A stretch of 64,000 nucleotides of DNA from an uncultured virus (IMG/VR IMGVR_UViG_3300029705_005139) (taxonomy: Duplodnaviria; Heunggongvirae; Uroviricota; Caudoviricetes): the IMG/VR virus record IMGVR_UViG_3300029705_005139, one strand, 5' to 3'. The notes under the pieces were generated by a model that saw only the letters and a list, made by a program, of their open reading frames with translations, was not told where the DNA came from and ran no database searches. Within the stretch, counting starts at the first letter, position 1. Each line of letters opens with the position of its first letter. A program made the position numbers and the translations under genes. Positions 57,778 through 64,000 of the stretch are shown here, in pieces.

Positions 57778-58287
57778 TTAACGCAGGGAACAGGACAGAT
57801 CCTGCACCAAGCTGAGCCCAGGAATTTCCTTACCGGCAGACAGCAACTTTTTGACTTCGGTCTTGCTGACTTCCGGAGCAGGCTGCTTGTAACAGCTGTC
57901 GTAGCCGTTTTCTTTCAGCCAGAGAATCGCCGCAGGACCGTCCGCCACATCCACCTTGGTGGTTTTGCGGTAGCAGACAGTGGCCACACCGCAGTTGGTC
58001 TTTTCACCGGCGCATTCCCGGTCGAGGATGGCCATAAGCCGGTCGATCTTCCGTTCCAGACCTCCACGGCGATCCCGAAGCCGCTGTTCCTCTTCCCTGA
58101 GGGAAGCAACCTCAGATTTGGTGTTCAGCACCAGTTTGGCCAGATATTCCAGAATACGACTGCGTTCCATCTGGAGGGAATCCAACTGGGCAAGCAGTGC
58201 CTCGTCCGGAATAACCTCTCCGGTGTCCGGGTTGACCAACTGGTCGAAAATGCTGGAGATCAACTGATTTACCTCATACAGCTTCAC
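57778..58287 (-). CDS. Siphovirus Gp157-family protein
   Basis: KLYE...DTGE...EE.RL..RR...K..VK..L..G..IPG. Confidence 0.85.
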   Translation of the reverse strand: MKLYEVNQLISSIFDQLVNPDTGEVIPDEALLAQLDSLQMERSRILEYLAKLVLNTKSEVASLREEEQRLRDRRGGLERKIDRLMAILDRECAGEKTNCGVATVCYRKTTKVDVADGPAAILWLKENGYDSCYKQPAPEVSKTEVKKLLSAGKEIPGLSLVQDLSCSLR

Positions 58288-58474
58288 AGGCCATACCTCC
58301 TACTTCTGTGATAGAAACCGTATCCACGCTGTCACCGGGGATAAGTATCATCACCCTTTGCTTGGGACCCAAAAGAAAAGTCAGTAGCCGATCCCGGATC
58401 GTTACATTCCGACAAGCGACAACACCACCTGTTTTGGGTTCCCTGGAAACACTGATTTTCAAATTGTGCTTCAT
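58274..58474 (-). CDS. Small phage protein
   Basis: RBS AAAGGA; IR.RLL.FL.G.....ILIPGDSV. Confidence 0.75.
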   Translation of the reverse strand: MKHNLKISVSREPKTGGVVACRNVTIRDRLLTFLLGPKQRVMILIPGDSVDTVSITEVGGMACEAV

Positions 58475-58512
58475 GTTTCTTTGTCCTTTCTGAAGGGTTG
58501 TATTGTGTTGCC

Positions 58513-58553
58513 CTTCACTGTTAGGCCACGGGAAAGCCAAAACGTGACGGTCT
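58513..58553 (-). promoter_or_regulatory. Conserved 41-bp motif, copy 2
   Basis: AGACCGTCACGTTTTGGCTTTCCCGTGGCCTAACAGTGAAG just after the sigma-like gene's stop. Confidence 0.65.
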
Positions 58554-58554
58554 G

Positions 58555-58941
58555 TTACAAAAAATTTTTTAATTTTTTTATTGCACGCTGCATGGCATGG
58601 CTGGCAGCTGATCTGTCAATGCCCTCTTCCCGGGCAATGTCAGTGTATTTCCGTCCCTCGAAAAAGACTTGCTGTATCAGCCGCTGCTGCCGTGGCTCCA
58701 GTCTCGTTATGGCTTCTGTCAGACGTTCCTTTTCCTCAGCATCGATCAGTGTTTGTTCCATATTTTCATCAGCTGGAATGAGATTACCGTCTACGTTTAA
58801 CGCATCCAGCGAACAATGCCTGCGACTCTGGGCATGGTCGTTATTGTATTCCTGTCTGTCCAAATCTACGAGGATCGCTCCCCATTCTTCAGACACTTCG
58901 ATTTCTACGGTCTCATTGGCAAATTCGTACTTGATTTTCAT
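58555..58941 (-). CDS. Small sigma-70 region-4/ECF-like factor
   Basis: RRH.SLD, L.EAI..L..RQ..LI...FFEG....DIA..EG.......A..KL. Confidence 0.85.
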   Translation of the reverse strand: MKIKYEFANETVEIEVSEEWGAILVDLDRQEYNNDHAQSRRHCSLDALNVDGNLIPADENMEQTLIDAEEKERLTEAITRLEPRQQRLIQQVFFEGRKYTDIAREEGIDRSAASHAMQRAIKKLKNFL

Positions 58942-59136
58942 TTGTTCTGTTCCTTTCTTCACGGAGAAGTGAAGCAGGAGCAGAAAATAGGCAAAAAATA
59001 ACTGCCGAAATAAAGCAGATCATTTCTGATCATTGCTTCACTTCGGCAGTTAGGTCACTCATCCTTACGGAAGGAGCCAGGGCTCGATAGATGAACGCTG
59101 TTCTTTTGTCGCGGGGAATATCCCCTGGGTAGATTA

Positions 59137-59328
59137 CTAATTTGGGTTTTGTCTTCTAATCTGTTCTATTTGGGTAAGTATGTCGCACAACCGGACAATT
59201 TCCTTCTGTTTAGGCAACTTCAGTTCCAAATAAATCTCGCCATCCGTTGTATCGAAAAGAGCATCACATACACGGGGTTTCTTTTCTCCAATGGCGCTGT
59301 TGTTACGAATGGGCTGTCGAATCAGCAT
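59137..59328 (-). CDS. Hypothetical protein
   Basis: RBS AAGGAGG; 63 aa. Confidence 0.6.
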   Translation of the reverse strand: MLIRQPIRNNSAIGEKKPRVCDALFDTTDGEIYLELKLPKQKEIVRLCDILTQIEQIRRQNPN

Positions 59329-59386
59329 AGTCAAATTCCCTCCTTGAAAGCGGTGGTGTCATTGGTGGCAATTTGCAGATTCCAGA

Positions 59387-60628
59387 TCACTGATACATAA
59401 GACCGGGCATCTTTACGCTGTGCCGTCCGTCATCCGGCATTTTCAGGTCACCCAACAATGTGGCATAGGTTATGGCTTTTTTACCGTATCGGCCACGCAG
59501 ATCCTCTATTGCATCCTCCAGTCTGGCCCTCCGATCCCGGCGTGCTGTATCTACAAACATACTCAGCTGCTCGGCATCTGATTTAGGTACCAGGTTAATA
59601 GCCCGGATGCATACGGCTCGGATATTTGTACCCCATCGGTATCGCTCCTTGAAAATGTTAAAACCGGCACTGGCGATTTCGGAAGGAAGCTGGGTTCTGA
59701 AGGGTAGCCTACATTGGTACTGGGAGCCTAAAAGGTCATTTCCTCTGACATAAACTTGGACACCCTGTGCCGATAATTCATGCACCCGGAGTCGGTGACC
59801 GACATCCTGGGCCAATTCCAGCATCACCTTAAACACTTCCTCCTCGTTTTCCAAGTCTGCTGTACAGGTGATACCGTGGCCAATGGACTTCACTGGGCTT
59901 ACAAAATCTTTGTGCATTACTCTTGATCTGTCTGTACCGTTGGCATAGTGCCACAGCTTCAGACCATTCACTCCAAACCATCCTTGCAATATCTCCGGGG
60001 GAATCGCTGCCAGATCACCAACGGTATGGACTCCATGGCGGGCCAGTTTTGCCTCGGTGGATCGGCCTACATAAATCAGTTCGGATGCTGCCAAGGGCCA
60101 CACCTTTTCACGAAAATCATCTTTCGTAATCTGTGTTACCGCATCCGGCTTTTTCATGTCGGACCCCAGTTTGGCGAAGATCTTATTGAAAGATACGCCA
60201 ATGCTGACGGTCAGACCCAGTTCCTCCCGGCAGGCAAAGCGAATTTTCTCCGCAATCTCCATGCCGGTTCCATAGGCTCCGCTGCCGGTCATATCAAGCC
60301 AGCACTCATCCATGCCGAAGGGTTCTACCAAATCCGTATACCGATAGTAAATCTGGTGGGCCAGTTTGGAATACTTCAAATACTGATCGTACTGGGGCGG
60401 TACTAAAATCAGATTCGGACATCGCTGCTTTGCCTCCCAGTTTACCATTCCGGTTTTGACTCCGGCCTTCTTGGCAAGGTCTGACTTTGCCAGGACAATA
60501 CCATGGCGTTCCTCTGTCGCGCCGCAGACTGCGACTGCTTTCCCTTTGAGGGAAGGGTCCAGCATCATTTCCACGGACGCATAAAAGGAATTCATATCAC
60601 TGTGCAGGATAACTCTGTCATTGGACAC
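59387..60628 (-). CDS. dinB: Y-family DNA polymerase (DinB/UmuC-like)
   Basis: GTG start with RBS GGAGGTG; HSDMNSFYASVE, GMDECWLD, SIGVS.NK..AK..SD..KP. Confidence 0.93.
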   Translation of the reverse strand: MSNDRVILHSDMNSFYASVEMMLDPSLKGKAVAVCGATEERHGIVLAKSDLAKKAGVKTGMVNWEAKQRCPNLILVPPQYDQYLKYSKLAHQIYYRYTDLVEPFGMDECWLDMTGSGAYGTGMEIAEKIRFACREELGLTVSIGVSFNKIFAKLGSDMKKPDAVTQITKDDFREKVWPLAASELIYVGRSTEAKLARHGVHTVGDLAAIPPEILQGWFGVNGLKLWHYANGTDRSRVMHKDFVSPVKSIGHGITCTADLENEEEVFKVMLELAQDVGHRLRVHELSAQGVQVYVRGNDLLGSQYQCRLPFRTQLPSEIASAGFNIFKERYRWGTNIRAVCIRAINLVPKSDAEQLSMFVDTARRDRRARLEDAIEDLRGRYGKKAITYATLLGDLKMPDDGRHSVKMPGLMYQ

Positions 60629-60779
60629 GTTTTCACCTCCTTCGCAAATCGTGTAGAAAAATGATAGCATTAACTCTTGATTTTTGTCAAGTGAACATTT
60701 GTGGACTAAAAGTTCATTTCTTTCTTGACAAGCGTGTTTTCCCCATATATAATTTTTACATAGGAAGGAGCGTGCTACT

Positions 60780-61598
60780 ATGGCTGAAAAAAGCAAGCAG
60801 CAAGTAATCCAGTTCAAAGTTGCATCTGAAAAACGGTACAATGCCGCCGCCGAGCAGCAGATGAATATTATTGGTCAGCGGATCGCCGAGGCCCGTAAAC
60901 GGGCAGGACTAAGCCTAGTCAAATTCAGTGACCTTTTGGAAGACTATGGTGTTTCCGTCAGTTCCGTTGCCATCAACAAATGGGAGCTGGGCAAGAATAT
61001 CCCCAGCTGCTATCAGTTGGTGGCTGTGTCCCAGGCCCTGCATATGGAAGAAGATCTAACTTTCTATATCAGCAACTACCAGCCTGAATTGAATGAAGAA
61101 GGTATAAAAAAAGTGGCCGACTATAAAGCCGACCTGATTGCCTCCGGACGCTACAAACCGCAGTCCAAGCGAAGCATTATTAAATATATCGATATGCCTG
61201 TCAGCAGCCTGGCCGTCTCTGCCGGTACCGGTGAATTTCTGGAAGAAGGTAATTTTGAAATGATTAGCTTCCCAGAAAACGCGGTTCCTGCCGGAGCAGA
61301 GTTCGGTCTGCGGATTTCCGGTGACAGTATGGAGCCTGTTTACCATGACGGCCAGATTGTATGGGTGCAGCAGTGCGAGCGTGTTCCGGTTGGGCAGGTC
61401 GGTATCTTTATCTATGACGGACAAGGCTACCTCAAGGTTTATGATGAGCAGGAGCCGGATGAAGCCGATGCAGAATATTTTACCGACAGTTATGGCCATG
61501 TCCATATGCAGCCAGTCATGATTTCCTTCAACCAGAAATACGAGCCCAGAGTAATTTCTGCCCACGCAGGATTCCAGGTTGTGGGTCGGGTTCTGTAA
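60780..61598 (+). CDS. CI/LexA-like repressor (XRE HTH plus S24 peptidase)
   Basis: INKWELGKNIP HTH; SAGTG cleavage site, GDSMEP, YLK. Confidence 0.92.
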   Translation: MAEKSKQQVIQFKVASEKRYNAAAEQQMNIIGQRIAEARKRAGLSLVKFSDLLEDYGVSVSSVAINKWELGKNIPSCYQLVAVSQALHMEEDLTFYISNYQPELNEEGIKKVADYKADLIASGRYKPQSKRSIIKYIDMPVSSLAVSAGTGEFLEEGNFEMISFPENAVPAGAEFGLRISGDSMEPVYHDGQIVWVQQCERVPVGQVGIFIYDGQGYLKVYDEQEPDEADAEYFTDSYGHVHMQPVMISFNQKYEPRVISAHAGFQVVGRVL

Positions 61599-61688
61599 AA
61601 GTACCGTTTATTGGACTGATAGTCAATTATACTGGAGGTGTCGAGGGATACTGAAAATCCCTATTTTGAATTTTGTGAGGTTTTGGGT

Positions 61689-61889
61689 ATGAATACGTTT
61701 AAGCGACTTGAGGATTTATTGGATGAGAGAGGCCTCACGATGTATAAGCTGGCCATGCTGTGTGACATTTCCTATAATGCACTGAAAAACACGCAGCAGC
61801 GCGGCAGTCAGCTGAAAGTGGACACCATTGAACGGATCTGCCAGGGGTTAGGCATCACCATGGCAGAATTCTTTACGGAAAGGGGCTAA
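61689..61889 (+). CDS. XRE HTH protein
   Basis: RGLTMYKLA....TIERICQGLGITMAEFF. Confidence 0.85.
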   Translation: MNTFKRLEDLLDERGLTMYKLAMLCDISYNALKNTQQRGSQLKVDTIERICQGLGITMAEFFTERG

Positions 61890-61894
61890 CAGTC

Positions 61895-62407
61895 ATGAAT
61901 AAAGAATTTGAGATGCGGTATTATCTGGAGCATAAGCTTTTGCCTGCCACATTGTATAATGAGGGCAAGCGGCTAATGGCGACGGTTATGAGCAAGAGGC
62001 AAAAGTGCATTCATGCTCTTTATGAGAAATTTATTTGTGTCAATCCGGGATATTCCAATCCCTATTCCGTGAAAGATTTTTCCGTCCATTCCCGTACTTA
62101 TGTCCGGGGTCCCGAGAAATTCATGGTCATCCGCATTGGGATGCCGGAGCCGGAAGCATCCCCGCTTTGCCGCGCAATTTACCTCTGCTACGGTACACGG
62201 GGCGGATTTGAACTGTATGTCACATCCGAAATGAATCCGGATGGCGGCTACTGCATCTGTGCCTGGGGTGATGGTGGAGACCACATGAACGTCGGTGAAG
62301 CTCCTGAGGATGCCAATGACGAAATGGATATGGCAGCGGATCTGTTCTGGAGGTCAGTTGAATATGGACAGCAAGCAAATAAAAGTGTACGTGGAGGTCA
62401 ATACTGA
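61895..62407 (+). CDS. Hypothetical protein
   Basis: 170-aa ORF in operon. Confidence 0.7.
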   Translation: MNKEFEMRYYLEHKLLPATLYNEGKRLMATVMSKRQKCIHALYEKFICVNPGYSNPYSVKDFSVHSRTYVRGPEKFMVIRIGMPEPEASPLCRAIYLCYGTRGGFELYVTSEMNPDGGYCICAWGDGGDHMNVGEAPEDANDEMDMAADLFWRSVEYGQQANKSVRGGQY

Positions 62408-62732
62408 CTTCCGGGAAGACGGTATTATGCTCCCCCGGGAAATCACCTGGGAGAACGGCGAAAAATATGAAATTGACCGTATCCTGGACATCCGTCAGGC
62501 CGCAGCCATGAAAGCCGGCGGACAGGGCGACAGATACACTGTCCGCATCCGTGGACAGCAAAGCTATCTGTTCTTTGAGCGCAGCACAAATCAGACCGGA
62601 AACAAACTTGGACGCTGGTTTGTAGAACGCCGCATAACTGAACCACGACCCATCGGCTGGGTCGATTATAGTGATGGTATCGGTGGTCGCTTGTATTCGG
62701 ACGGCTCCATGCGAAAAAACACGCATCAGTAA
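62364..62732 (+). CDS. Conserved small protein often found near Y-family polymerases
   Basis: KVYV.V...F..DG...P..I.WE.G..YEIDR...AGG.G.RY......LFFE....WFVE; RBS GGAGG. Confidence 0.7.
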   Translation: MDSKQIKVYVEVNTDFREDGIMLPREITWENGEKYEIDRILDIRQAAAMKAGGQGDRYTVRIRGQQSYLFFERSTNQTGNKLGRWFVERRITEPRPIGWVDYSDGIGGRLYSDGSMRKNTHQ

Positions 62733-62772
62733 AAATCACAATCAATCGCTATGCAGAAGAGAGGTGATACCC

Positions 62773-63447
62773 ATGAGCGAAAATGTTCGTGAACGTGCAT
62801 ATCCATTCAATCTTCTATCTAGAGTTGATGGAGTTCATGCAAATATGCTGAATGCCGAGAATTTTAGCAAGGACCAATACAGAGGTCTTGCCGCAGCCTT
62901 GTCCATGCTACCGGAAAAAGAGGCAGATGTTCTGAGAATGCGTTATCAGCAATGCCTTTCTCTCGAAGAAATTGGTAAGCATTATCATGTTACCAAAGAA
63001 GCTATCCGGGCGCAAATCGCACGGTCTTTCAAAAAGCTAGGTTCCAAACGTAGCCTATCCTTGATTTCTCTGGGATTGGACGGCTATATCGAGGATAATA
63101 TCGCCCGCAGAGTTACCGCCGTAACAACAACTTTCATCCGTCAGGAATATCTTGACGGATACCGGGAAGGTTTTCTGGACGCACATACAACGGATGAGAA
63201 CGGAAATATCCGCTCTGCACCCAAGAAGGCGCTTGCATTGTCTATCGAAGATGTAGGCTTATCTGTCAGAACATACAACGTACTGAGAAAAAACGATGTG
63301 CACTATCTTTCAGATCTTCTCTTGTACATGGATAAACCGGCTATTGCAAGTATCCCTTGCCTGGGTAGAAAATCCGCAGAAGAAGTTGCTCGGATGTTGA
63401 GAAGCTATGGTATTCACAGTACTGCCTGGGATTCCTTCATATCATAG
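62773..63447 (+). CDS. Sigma-70 region 4 / RNA polymerase alpha-CTD fusion protein
   Basis: L.EKE..VL.MRY....SLEEIG....VT.E.IR; SIEDVGLSVRTYN.L....V..L.DL.....I..LGRKS.EEV. Confidence 0.85.
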   Translation: MSENVRERAYPFNLLSRVDGVHANMLNAENFSKDQYRGLAAALSMLPEKEADVLRMRYQQCLSLEEIGKHYHVTKEAIRAQIARSFKKLGSKRSLSLISLGLDGYIEDNIARRVTAVTTTFIRQEYLDGYREGFLDAHTTDENGNIRSAPKKALALSIEDVGLSVRTYNVLRKNDVHYLSDLLLYMDKPAIASIPCLGRKSAEEVARMLRSYGIHSTAWDSFIS

Positions 63448-63766
63448 TTTGGAATTATTGCAATAGCGCCTGGTTCTTCATTATCCTGCCAGATGCGGTA
63501 ATGCCCGTATGCCGGAAATCACGCACAACATATAACAGAAAAAACCAAAGCCGCTTGGGTACTATGTGCAGTCTGCACCGTACTCTGGCGGCTTTTTATC
63601 CTATATGGCACATTTTCATTTGGGGCTAAAGGATAAAAATTATACAAACACAAATATACGTCTATCTTTTTGAAACAGACCGTGATATAATCCCTATATG
63701 TTGATAAAATGCGACAAATATATCTTGTGTCATGATGAAGAAAACCATCTGCTGGGGGTTTATTAT

Positions 63767-63985
63767 ATGGATGTTAATTACAACAAACTGTTCAAGCTGT
63801 TGATTGACAAGGGTCTGAAGAAAACCGAGTTTGCCAAACAGGTTGGCATCAGCCCCAATACACTTGCAAAATTCTCCCGAAATGAAACTGTGTCCATGGA
63901 TATCATCGTTCGAATCTGCAGATACCTGGATTGCACTGTTGACGATATGATGGACATTCTTCCGGAAACCAAAGAGAGAGGATAA
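63767..63985 (+). CDS. XRE (Cro/C-protein-like) HTH protein
   Basis: YNKLFKLLIDK.....S.NTLAK.....VS......IC..L.C...D. Confidence 0.88.
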   Translation: MDVNYNKLFKLLIDKGLKKTEFAKQVGISPNTLAKFSRNETVSMDIIVRICRYLDCTVDDMMDILPETKERG

Positions 63986-64000
63986 AAGGCTTTATGAATA

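Larger units (their letters stand above)
27040..61598 (-). mobile_element. HK97-type siphovirus prophage (probably extends from ~14.6 kb to beyond 64 kb)
   Basis: Complete colinear lysis, tail, head, packaging, replication and repressor modules with no obvious disruptions. Confidence 0.95.

Noticed and set aside
60690..60720. Host LexA SOS box before dinB
   Set aside because: GAACATTTGTGG does not fit GAAC-N4-GTTC; kept only as a possible phage operator.
1..64000. tRNA, rRNA or IS transposase genes
   Set aside because: None recognised by eye; tRNAscan-SE, Infernal or ISfinder searches would be needed to exclude them.

Overview
The window looks like a Bacillota (Clostridia/Oscillospiraceae-like; inferred from gene style) integration hotspot. 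1-4.9 kb: host-type genes (sugar ABC binding protein, AraC regulator, sortase-anchored protein, a truncated second binding protein) with abrupt junctions. 4.9-7.4 kb: remnant of a tyrosine-integrase element (xis, cro, repressor, int). 7.6-14.6 kb: a small integrative element with an AAA helicase, a catalytically dead resolvase domain, a large serine recombinase (LSR) and two accessory proteins paralogous to the LSR C-terminal domain. 14.9-18.4 kb: a twin-LSR module. 18.5-27 kb: cargo (SWIM protein, protease, ATC hydrolase, two DegV, amidohydrolase). 27-64 kb: an apparently intact HK97-type siphovirus prophage on the minus strand, with lysis, tail, head, packaging, a MetK-like plus two-methyltransferase cluster, replication, a small sigma-like factor, DinB and a CI/LexA-like repressor. 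Best leads: (1) an AbiF/Abi_2 HEPN gene followed by a self-standing ~60-nt structured RNA (promoter, hairpin, terminator), a candidate RNA-antitoxin system; (2) the LSR operon with a thrice-repeated uncharacterised domain and a dead resolvase; (3) an out-of-frame nested gene with its own RBS inside the C5 methyltransferase; (4) a 41-bp motif shared between the phage early operon and the distant, oppositely oriented recombinase module; (5) a -1 frameshift in the tail chaperone and an ATC start for the terminase. Family names come from motifs recognised by eye; no database searches were run.
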